Source of the DNA: Pseudomonadota bacterium
GTDB taxonomy: Bacteria; Bdellovibrionota; UBA1018
Direction: 5' to 3'
Assembly: GCA_027485695.1 (NCBI GenBank)
Contig: JAIXQO010000002.1
Location: forward strand, 602,006-666,005
Length of the DNA: 64,000 nt
Position numbers and translations under genes: made by a program
The notes under the pieces: model-generated
Told to the model about the DNA's origin: nothing
The model's input: the letters and a program-made list of their open reading frames with translations, nothing else
The model's database searches: none
Shown: piece after piece, positions 57,001-64,000 of the stretch
How the letters are laid out: every line of letters starts with the position of its first letter
Numbering within the stretch: the first letter of the stretch is position 1

Positions 57001-58020
57001 CTAAATCTCTCCCAGGACCCGAAGAACGACTCCAATTCGATTTTCCAGACTCCCCGTGAGAGGCGTATAGACAATTCCGCGATCCGCCAATACCCGCAAG
57101 TACCATTCATGTTGAGCGCGTCTGAACTCGTCGTCTGCACGAGTTCCATCCTGCACGAGCGGAAAATCCGGATAACTCAAAAATACGTAATCGTATGATC
57201 GGTGAGAGAGCTTGAGCAATTCCGGATCAACCTTGCCGTTGTAGGCTTCGCTATAAAATTGCGTCGTTAGAGGCGACGTGTCCGCGAAGAAAAATTTATG
57301 CGCCAGGGATCGCGCCTCATTTTCTTTTTTGATCTGCTCGTGGGCAATCACCAGATAGTCTTCAAAATCGAGTTTCCCACCCCGCTCCACCCACAAGGTT
57401 CGTCCGTATTCATCAGCAAACGTGGTGCCCAACTGTTTAGCCAAACACTCGGAGAGCGTGCTCTTGCCCGTCGATTCCGCGCCCAAGAAACAGACTGATT
57501 TAACGAGACTGGAATAGACCAATTTTGGGAGAAAACTCTTTTGATCGTGAAGGGATTTTCTGAGCGCCGTCCCCGAGATCGGAACGCGAATACGCGCTTG
57601 ATCGACGTTCACATGCTGAATTGCATACGATTGGATTCCGGCGCCTTGAAGCCGCGCGCTCATCCGCGCAGCGAACCCATCACCGTAGCACTCGCTCGTG
57701 TAAATCGCATCCAGTGGCATTCCCACTTGAGCGAGGTAGATGTCAGCGACGAAATTTCGATGCGTTTCATCGTCGACTGAGTTCTCGGGAACGGCGAGCG
57801 TTGATCGAGACGAATCCAATACGATCGTAGTCGCCGACGGGTACAGTGCTTTAAGCCAGGACTCCCTGAGACGAGGAGGAAACTCGGAAAACTCTGGCCG
57901 AGTGTAGGATAGAAGCACGAGCTCTTCACATTCGATGATCGCCTGCCGGATCACGAGATCATGCCCCAGATGCAGCGGCGCGAATTTCCCAACGATCAGA
58001 CTGCGCTTAAACCTTTTCAT
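57001..58020 (-). CDS. nadR: NadR-like bifunctional NMN adenylyltransferase / ribosylnicotinamide kinase (no HTH domain)
   Basis: LIVGKFAPLHLGHDLVI (nucleotidyltransferase (H/T)xGH). P-loop VCFLGAESTGKSTL (RNK domain). Confidence 0.8.
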   Translation of the reverse strand: MKRFKRSLIVGKFAPLHLGHDLVIRQAIIECEELVLLSYTRPEFSEFPPRLRESWLKALYPSATTIVLDSSRSTLAVPENSVDDETHRNFVADIYLAQVGMPLDAIYTSECYGDGFAARMSARLQGAGIQSYAIQHVNVDQARIRVPISGTALRKSLHDQKSFLPKLVYSSLVKSVCFLGAESTGKSTLSECLAKQLGTTFADEYGRTLWVERGGKLDFEDYLVIAHEQIKKENEARSLAHKFFFADTSPLTTQFYSEAYNGKVDPELLKLSHRSYDYVFLSYPDFPLVQDGTRADDEFRRAQHEWYLRVLADRGIVYTPLTGSLENRIGVVLRVLGEI

Positions 58021-58580
58021 GCCTGGGTATTCATCAATTTACGCCAAGTGAACCAGCCCCAAACGGCATTTGCGAGAAATACGGCATAGATGCCCGACGT
58101 GAGATAGAGCGCCTTGGATGCATAGAGTGGTACCGCCACAATATTCACCACCATCCACACCCACCAATTTTCTATTTTTCTCGCCATTAGTAGGAACTGC
58201 GCGAGAATCGAGAGCATCAAGACAACCGAATCCACAAAAGGGAAACTCGCGTCCGTCCAGTAGTGGAGTGCCGCTCCATAGAGACCCGTCGAAATACCCG
58301 CAAGCGCAAGGAGCGCAAGGAACACTCGAGCCTTGAGGCGCGTAATGGGCAGGTCTGTTTTCTGCTCGCCGCCACGTTTCCATTTCCAGAGGCCATAAGC
58401 GCTCGTTAGGACGAAAAATACTTGTAGCGATACATCCGCGTAGAGTTTGACCTGATAGAATAGCACACCGAACAAAATGCATCCGACGATCCCCACTGGC
58501 CAGGTCCACGCGTTATTCCGGCGAGCAAGGAGAACGGAGATCAAATTAAGGATATTGGACGCAATTTCGAGTGAACCCAC
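58017..58580 (-). CDS. pnuC: nicotinamide riboside transporter PnuC
   Basis: IASNILNLISVLLARRNNAWTWPVGIV N-terminal PnuC signature. 4-nt overlap with nadR-like. Confidence 0.8.
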   Translation of the reverse strand: MGSLEIASNILNLISVLLARRNNAWTWPVGIVGCILFGVLFYQVKLYADVSLQVFFVLTSAYGLWKWKRGGEQKTDLPITRLKARVFLALLALAGISTGLYGAALHYWTDASFPFVDSVVLMLSILAQFLLMARKIENWWVWMVVNIVAVPLYASKALYLTSGIYAVFLANAVWGWFTWRKLMNTQA

Positions 58581-58758
58581 CCGATGATCATATCCGGAAC
58601 CATCCCCTCTCGGTCAAATGACAATGTTCACTCCGGCATGGGTTGTGCATTTAGTGTGAAAGAATGGTCAAAGAGGAAATTCACCCCACTCCTCCAAAGC
58701 CGACGGCGGATTCCGATCGATAGAATCGCCTGACGACCGCCACTACCAGGAGACAAAT

Positions 58759-59310
58759 ATGAAAATCAATTTAGCCTCTCAAGTTCGTTTAGAAAAAAAG
58801 AAACCCATTCGCATGAATCAGACTCAAAAAAAAGAAATCACCGATGCGATCAAAGAGGATCATCATGATCTCAAGAAATTCATCAAAGTCATGACAGACC
58901 AAGACGCCAAACAAGACGAAAAGAAGCAAGCTTTCTTGATGTTCGCCGATCTGTTGAAGTCTCACGCTGGTTCAGAAGAGAAGGCTTTGTACGAAAAGGC
59001 GCTCAAATCCCCGAAATTGAGTTTCCGAAGCCACGAGGGATACATCGAACACAAAGTGGCCGATCTCCTCATGAAAACAGCAAAAGAAGACCGGATCTCC
59101 GAACGCTGGGAAGCCGAGATCAAGGTCTTGGGCGAACTCGTTAAACATCACATCAAAGAGGAAGAATCCGATTTTTTGCCGAAGATCAAAAAGACGTTCG
59201 ACAAAGACGAACGGCTCGCTATGGGCGCGGAATTCCTCAAGCTTCGTGAAGAATCTCAAATCGGGATCTCCGAAAAAAACGCCGGAGCACTATCCGAATC
59301 CCTACACTGA
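58759..59310 (+). CDS. hemerythrin HHE cation-binding domain protein
   Basis: EDHHDLKK, HAGSEEKALY, HHIKEEESDFLPK repeat His/Glu motifs. Confidence 0.55.
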   Translation: MKINLASQVRLEKKKPIRMNQTQKKEITDAIKEDHHDLKKFIKVMTDQDAKQDEKKQAFLMFADLLKSHAGSEEKALYEKALKSPKLSFRSHEGYIEHKVADLLMKTAKEDRISERWEAEIKVLGELVKHHIKEEESDFLPKIKKTFDKDERLAMGAEFLKLREESQIGISEKNAGALSESLH

Positions 59311-59343
59311 GCAAATCCCTTCGATATTTCCTCCCAAAAAAAC

Positions 59344-59378
59344 AAAAAGCCCAGCATCCTCACGGACCTGGGCTTTTT
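59344..59378. terminator. bidirectional rho-independent terminator between convergent hemerythrin-like and SDR genes
   Basis: AAAAAGCCCAG-(13 nt)-CTGGGCTTTTT. Confidence 0.6.
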
Positions 59379-59400
59379 GCATTTCTCGATCGAACGAAAA

Positions 59401-60150
59401 CTAGAGCTGCGCGACTCCGCCATCGACGGCGATGTTGGATCCGACGATGAATGATGAGTCGCTCGACGCCAAGAACAAGACCGTTCTTGCGATTTCAAGC
59501 GTGGTTCCGAGTCGTTTGAGAGGAACCATCTGAGCCATGCCCGCTTGCATTTCTTTGGTCTGCTCGGGGGTTCCGCCCATCCGGCTAAAAATCGGCGTTT
59601 CGATCGGTCCAGGGCTCAGTGTGTTGACGCGGATGTTTTTCGACATGAGATCCGTAGACAAGGTTTTAGCCAAGTTTACGACCGCGGCCTTAGTCGCGCT
59701 ATATACCGATGCGGCTGCGAAACCTTTGTCCGCGACGACCGATCCATTGAGTACGATCGAGCCGCCGTTCTTGAAGAGAGGTGCGATTTTCTGAACGAGG
59801 AACAGAGGACCCTTGACGTTCGTGTTAAAAGTATCGTCGAAGTGTTTCTCAGTCAGTTCCTCGAGAGGTACAAAATGCGCGATGCCAGCGTTGATGAACG
59901 CCGCATCTAAGTGGCCCCACTCTTTTTTGATTTGATCCGCAAGGATCGCGATGTCCTTCAGGCTTCCGGAATCGCTGACGGCCATTTTGGCTCGAGGGCC
60001 GAGCTCCTTGACGGCGGCTTCTAGGGTCTCTTTGTTTCGACCCGTAATGAAAACTTCGGCGCCTTCACGAACGAATTCTTTTGCCGTTTCCAAACCCATT
60101 CCGCTGTTACCACCGGTGACCAAGACTTTTTTACCAATGAATCTGCTCAT
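59401..60150 (-). CDS. SDR family NAD(P)-dependent oxidoreductase
   Basis: Start trimmed to MSRFIGKKVLVTGGNSGMGLE (TGxxxGxG). YxxxK implied (YSATKAAV). Confidence 0.85.
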   Translation of the reverse strand: MSRFIGKKVLVTGGNSGMGLETAKEFVREGAEVFITGRNKETLEAAVKELGPRAKMAVSDSGSLKDIAILADQIKKEWGHLDAAFINAGIAHFVPLEELTEKHFDDTFNTNVKGPLFLVQKIAPLFKNGGSIVLNGSVVADKGFAAASVYSATKAAVVNLAKTLSTDLMSKNIRVNTLSPGPIETPIFSRMGGTPEQTKEMQAGMAQMVPLKRLGTTLEIARTVLFLASSDSSFIVGSNIAVDGGVAQL

Positions 60151-60166
60151 ATAAGATCTCCTGACG

Positions 60167-60195
60167 AATAATGTATTCGCTATAGATACATTATT
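60167..60195. promoter_or_regulatory. 10-9-10 inverted repeat AATAATGTAT-N9-ATACATTATT in divergent SDR/Rrf2 promoter region
   Basis: Read directly. Size fits Rrf2-family operator. Confidence 0.45.
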
Positions 60196-60288
60196 ATTCC
60201 CACCCGCACGTAAATGCAATAGTGAAAAATACAATTCATTTGAATTTCGCTAGATACCGGATATATTTAGGAAATCTAAGGAGGCCCC

Positions 60289-60702
60289 ATGGTAGACACT
60301 CGATTCCCTGTATCACTTCACATCATGACGGGCCTTGCGAACCATCACCCAGACCTCGTGAACTCCGAACAGCTCGCCAAGAGTATTCAGACGAACCCAA
60401 GTTTCATTCGCAAAATCGTCGTGAGCTTGTCTGCTGCGGGACTCGTCGAGTCCGTGCGCGGTAAGACGGGTGGTATTCGACTCGCCAAAAAAGCAAAAGA
60501 CATCACGCTCGATCAGATCTATCGAGCCGTGACAGATACTACGCTCCTCGCCCTGCCGAAGAAAACTCCCAACAAGACTTGTGCGATCGCGTGCGGAATT
60601 GGAAACGTGCTTTGTCAGCTCACCCGCGAAGTCGAAGACAACGCCCTGAAACAGCTGTCTAAAAAAACCCTGCAAGACGTTTTGAATCAGGTGATGGCCT
60701 AA
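60289..60702 (+). CDS. Rrf2 family transcriptional regulator
   Basis: FPVSLHIMTGLA…SNPSFIRKIVVSLSAAGLVESVRGKTGGIRLAK. Single Cys region (CAIACG) near C-terminus. Confidence 0.8.
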   Translation: MVDTRFPVSLHIMTGLANHHPDLVNSEQLAKSIQTNPSFIRKIVVSLSAAGLVESVRGKTGGIRLAKKAKDITLDQIYRAVTDTTLLALPKKTPNKTCAIACGIGNVLCQLTREVEDNALKQLSKKTLQDVLNQVMA

Positions 60703-60711
60703 ACTCAAAAA

Positions 60712-61824
60712 ATGCCGTCCACATTCTTAAATCCATTTCAATCCCCCCTCATTCTTGAACGCTATCCCGTTCGTGCGAGGGAACTGCTTCAGGCTTGGGA
60801 TAGTGCTGATGAACTGATTCTTGAACACCTTTCCACTCAAGAACTCAGCGGAAAAAGAATCCTCATCCTCAATGACTCATTTGGCGCACTAAGCGCTGCT
60901 CTTCAAAATTTTGACATCACTTCCTATAGCGACTCTTTCGTTTCCTCGCAGGCATTGAAACAAAATACGTCCGGAAAAATTAGGTCCATTCATCTGCTCT
61001 CCGAACTCGAGGGAACGTATGATTGGGTACTGATTCGTATTCCCAAGAACCTGTCATTTTTTGAGGACGAGCTCTGTCACTTAAGTGCCCATCTAAATAC
61101 TGAATCAAAAATCGTCTGTGGTTACATGCTGAAGCATCAGGCCAATTCGAGTTTTGATCTGCTCAACAAGATCATCGGTACAACGACCACCAGCCTTGCC
61201 AAGAAGAAGGCGCGATTGATTTTTTGCGGGTTTGATCGAGGTCTGAGAGCCTCTCCCTATCCGCTCGCAGTTTCACTCGACGGTTTCGAGAAAAAATTCA
61301 TCAATCATTCTAACGTCTTCAGTCGAGAGAAACTTGATATTGGGACTCGCTTTTTCTTGGATCACACCACAAGCGACATCTTAGACGTCCACTCCATCCT
61401 CGATCTTGGCTGCGGAAACGGCGCCCTGGGGATTCACGCCCATCGCTTGAATCCAAACACTCATATTACCTTTGCGGATGAATCCTCTATGGCTATTGAA
61501 AGTGCCCGAGCGAATTTCACCGCTCATTTCGGCGATGCTGCAAACGTTCACTATCAGTGGACAAATAGTTTCGAAGATGGAGAAATCGATTCTCAAGATC
61601 TCGTTTTGTGCAACCCGCCGTTTCATCAAGGAACCACGGTCGGGGATTTTATCGCACATCAAATGTTCAACGACGCGAAACGGGTTCTTAGAAAAAATGG
61701 ACGTCTACGCGTGATCGGAAATACTGGGCTAGGATACCCAAAAATACTCGCGAACCTATTTGGAAAAAAACCGGAGATCGTCGCGCAGAACTCGAAATTT
61801 ACTATCGTGGATGTGTTTCGGTGA
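60712..61824 (+). CDS. rRNA (guanine-N2)-methyltransferase, RlmG/RsmC family
   Basis: DLGCGNGALG SAM motif and LCNPPFHQG catalytic motif. 370 aa closer to RlmG length. Confidence 0.7.
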   Translation: MPSTFLNPFQSPLILERYPVRARELLQAWDSADELILEHLSTQELSGKRILILNDSFGALSAALQNFDITSYSDSFVSSQALKQNTSGKIRSIHLLSELEGTYDWVLIRIPKNLSFFEDELCHLSAHLNTESKIVCGYMLKHQANSSFDLLNKIIGTTTTSLAKKKARLIFCGFDRGLRASPYPLAVSLDGFEKKFINHSNVFSREKLDIGTRFFLDHTTSDILDVHSILDLGCGNGALGIHAHRLNPNTHITFADESSMAIESARANFTAHFGDAANVHYQWTNSFEDGEIDSQDLVLCNPPFHQGTTVGDFIAHQMFNDAKRVLRKNGRLRVIGNTGLGYPKILANLFGKKPEIVAQNSKFTIVDVFR

Positions 61825-62183
61825 TATTGATGAACACGAATCGCTGAGCGCTTGTCCTTGCATAAACGCCCCATGAGACGCTAAGTTCTGCTAGCGACCA
61901 TAGCGCCAGACCTGAAAATTGCAGTCAGGTGACGAGGTCAGGGTTTATCGAAATTTTCGGCGGATACCCTGAAGGCTGTTTCGGCCTTTAAGTAGAGTCT
62001 CAAAATCCGATAGTGATGTCGGAGACAAAGAGTCTACAGAGATAAAGACTTCCTCAGTCTTTCGATACTTTCATTTCAAATGCTCGCCATTGGAAACCCT
62101 GCAAATCCACTTGCACTCGTTAAACGAGGCAATGCGTATAGCATTGTTTTGTCTAGGAGCGCAGTTTTTGAAAGAGAGAGCAA

Positions 62184-62828
62184 ATGAAAGCGAAATTTGT
62201 CGTATTTGACTGTGATGGGGTCCTCGTAGACAGCGAAATCATCGCTAATCGCTTAGAAGCGGAAGTCAAAACCCAGCTTGGATTTCCCACCACCACCGAA
62301 GAGCAAATCAGAAAATTCGTCGGCATGGGCGTCAACAGCGAAGCCGTCCAAGACGAGATCAGACGGCTCCCCTCCCACTATCTAGAAACCGTCGACGCTA
62401 AAATCCACGAAGCATTCAAAACAGAACTGCTTGCCATCGCCGGAGTTCGAGACACTCTAGCAAAAATCCCAAATCCCAAGTGCGTGGCGTCCAGCAGTCA
62501 TCCATTCTGGCTACGGCACAAATTAGAGGTCACCCAGATCGATCATTTTTTTAGGGATGCCGTCTTTAGCGGCCACGAGGTGAAGCACGGCAAGCCCGCT
62601 CCTGATCTGTTTCTATACGCGGCTCAAAAAATGGGATGGGACCCGAAAGACTGCGTCGTCATCGAAGATAGCGTCGCAGGCGTGCTCGCGGGAAAAGAAG
62701 CAGGAATGAATGTCTGCGGTTTCCTTGGTGGGAGCCACATTCTTGATGGTCATTCCGAACAGCTTCTCGAGGCGGGAGCCGACCACCTCCTCTCGGAGTT
62801 TGCCGAAATACGCAGATTTTTGAGCTAG
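62184..62828 (+). CDS. HAD-superfamily hydrolase (beta-phosphoglucomutase-like)
   Basis: VVFDCDGVLVDSE motif I. EDSVAGVLAGKEAGM motif IV. Confidence 0.8.
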   Translation: MKAKFVVFDCDGVLVDSEIIANRLEAEVKTQLGFPTTTEEQIRKFVGMGVNSEAVQDEIRRLPSHYLETVDAKIHEAFKTELLAIAGVRDTLAKIPNPKCVASSSHPFWLRHKLEVTQIDHFFRDAVFSGHEVKHGKPAPDLFLYAAQKMGWDPKDCVVIEDSVAGVLAGKEAGMNVCGFLGGSHILDGHSEQLLEAGADHLLSEFAEIRRFLS

Positions 62829-62942
62829 TTTGTAACGACACAACAAGACTACGAGATCGTCAAATCTTCGCGCTCCTTTTTTAACTAATATTTTAGTTGT
62901 TAACTACTAAGACCTTAGTTAGTCTTTCCTTATGGGGACCTC

Positions 62943-63344
62943 ATGAAGAAAACGAAAACCAAAGAAGCCGAAAGCAAACTACTCACTGAAACCGAACTCG
63001 AGCTCATGACGATCCTCTGGAAACTCGAAGAAGGATCGGTTTCAGAGGTGATGGAGCACCTATCTCCAGACCGAGACCTCGCCTACACATCCGTCTCAAC
63101 GATCTTACGAATCTTAGAGCAGAAGCGCGTTCTGAAAACCCGCAAAGAAGGTCGCGGTCACGTCTACATACCTTTGCTCAAAAAGTCCGACTACGAAGCC
63201 AAGACCGTCAAGCACGTGGTGGACCGCGTTTTCGACGGCACGCCCGTTGCCCTCGTACGTCAACTTCTGAATAGCGTTGAATTGAACGAAAAAGATCTCG
63301 AGGCATTAAAAGACCTCATCAATAATGCCGGAGGTCGCAAGTGA
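62943..63344 (+). CDS. blaI: BlaI/MecI/CopY family transcriptional repressor
   Basis: ELELMTILWKLEEGSVSEVMEHL…YTSVSTILRILEQKRVL winged helix of penicillinase repressor family. Confidence 0.8.
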   Translation: MKKTKTKEAESKLLTETELELMTILWKLEEGSVSEVMEHLSPDRDLAYTSVSTILRILEQKRVLKTRKEGRGHVYIPLLKKSDYEAKTVKHVVDRVFDGTPVALVRQLLNSVELNEKDLEALKDLINNAGGRK

Positions 63345-64000
63345 CCCTCGCCCAATCTTTGTCGACCTATCTCAATTTGAACCTTTTGTTGATCGTTGGC
63401 TTTTTGGGACTTCGTCTGTTTTCACTCACTCTGAGTCGCAGGGGATTACGGCTCCAAGCAGGAGTCGAACTCAGACTCCACTACACAGTGTTTCTGGTCA
63501 TACTCGGGCTCACGGCAATTCACCCGATGCTTCCTCGCAATCAAGTATTCTCCCCGGCGGCCAAGGTATGGGCAGCTCAATCGATCAAAAGCTTTGCGCA
63601 AGACTATACCATGCCTGACCAAGGCGGATATCTCAGTCTGCCAACTCCACGAGGAACATCAACGGTTCAAGCGGACCGAATCGCTACTCTCGGGCTGACT
63701 CTTGGAATCATTCTATTCATCTTAGGCGCCTTCTTTATCTCAAGAGATCTGCACACTTTATTCAAAACCAAACGTCGATCTTTCTTAGTGCGAAAGATCG
63801 GCAGGGTTCGAATCCTGGTCAACGACCAGATTCACGTGCCGTTCTCCTACTGGCTACCTGGCCAAGCAAATATCGTGGTCCCTACCGTCCTCATCGCTCG
63901 GACTACGGACTACCAGATGGCCATTGCACATGAACTTCAGCACCATCGGCACGGAGATACTCGCTGGGTGTACGCTATTTGGGGTTTGAAGTGGATCTGT
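63341..64000 (+). CDS. BlaR1-like M56 peptidase signal transducer (N-terminal part, runs off window)
   Basis: Open frame from GTG 63341 (overlapping blaI stop) to window end with no stop. TM helices. HELQHHRHGD (HExxH). Confidence 0.7.
   Translation, partial: MTLAQSLSTYLNLNLLLIVGFLGLRLFSLTLSRRGLRLQAGVELRLHYTVFLVILGLTAIHPMLPRNQVFSPAAKVWAAQSIKSFAQDYTMPDQGGYLSLPTPRGTSTVQADRIATLGLTLGIILFILGAFFISRDLHTLFKTKRRSFLVRKIGRVRILVNDQIHVPFSYWLPGQANIVVPTVLIARTTDYQMAIAHELQHHRHGDTRWVYAIWGLKWIC

Noticed and set aside
61825-62183. tmRNA / 4.5S / 6S identity for the 359-nt gap
   Set aside because: The GGGGCUGAUUCUGGAUUCGACGGG tmRNA 5' end is lacking and the SRP domain IV motif is absent. I kept it only as an unassigned candidate RNA region.
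1-64000. CRISPR arrays, tRNA/rRNA genes, IS elements/transposases/integrases
   Set aside because: No regularly spaced direct repeats, no cloverleaf-like conserved tRNA sequence in any gap, and no ORF with transposase or integrase motifs. All larger gaps were inspected by eye.

Overview
This 64-kb window looks like a chromosomal region from a Gram-negative bacterium with about 50% GC. Gene content (many small secreted, lipoprotein and metalloprotease ORFs; BlaI/BlaR1, PnuC/NadR, NDH-2, FadE) is compatible with a Bdellovibrio-like deltaproteobacterium, but that is inference only. I recognised no rRNA, tRNA, CRISPR array, transposase or integrase. Coding density is high and there are several long co-directional operons.

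Recognisable housekeeping genes:
- tRNA/rRNA modification and translation: miaA, queC, thrS (a short form lacking the N-terminal TGS domain), rimI-like acetyltransferase, tsaA/TrmO-like, RlmG/RsmC-like methyltransferase.
- Metabolism and lipid/LPS: PPDK/PEP-synthetase regulatory protein, ilvE, heptose-7-phosphate kinase plus a GT9 heptosyltransferase, cmk, hisC, psd, ndh, fadE, NadR-like/pnuC.
- DNA metabolism and competence: ung, a DEDDh-exonuclease/GIY-YIG (Cho-like) fusion, comM/yifB, a ComEC-like membrane protein.
- Other: lytic transglycosylase, HD-domain dGTPase-like protein, selO, pirin, FKBP, BI-1/YccA, NCS2 purine permease.

Regulators in the window are an ArsR-SRPBCC pair, a TetR, an Rrf2, a BlaI with a truncated BlaR1, and a standalone Ada-N/AraC-type regulator.

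Interspersed are accessory islands of unannotatable genes. The ones I consider most worth follow-up:
1. Ada-like module (27.4-29.6 kb): a tight minus-strand operon of an Ada-N methylphosphotriester-sensor regulator, an EamA exporter and a TIGR02466-type putative 2OG-Fe(II) oxygenase, preceded by a GCGCAAGA Ada-box-like element. This may be a compact alkylation-stress module.
2. Uncharacterised operon (34.0-38.5 kb, possibly led by selO): an HExxH peptidase-like protein carrying TerB-like domains and a Met/Gln-rich tail, a double-zinc-ribbon membrane protein, an AlkD-like HEAT-repeat protein and a YkgJ cysteine-cluster protein.
3. Tandem triplet of paralogous Bor-like small lipoproteins.
4. Pair of paralogous Cys-rich secreted proteins with a membrane partner.
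5. A secreted trypsin-fold-like protein that appears to lack the catalytic His and Ser.
6. Several well-defined palindromic operators, including a tandem 16-bp palindrome at arsR and 10-9-10 and 8-6-8 inverted repeats in divergent promoters.
7. A 359-nt non-coding gap that may hold an RNA element.

All family assignments are from reading the translated ORFs by eye. No database search or alignment was run.
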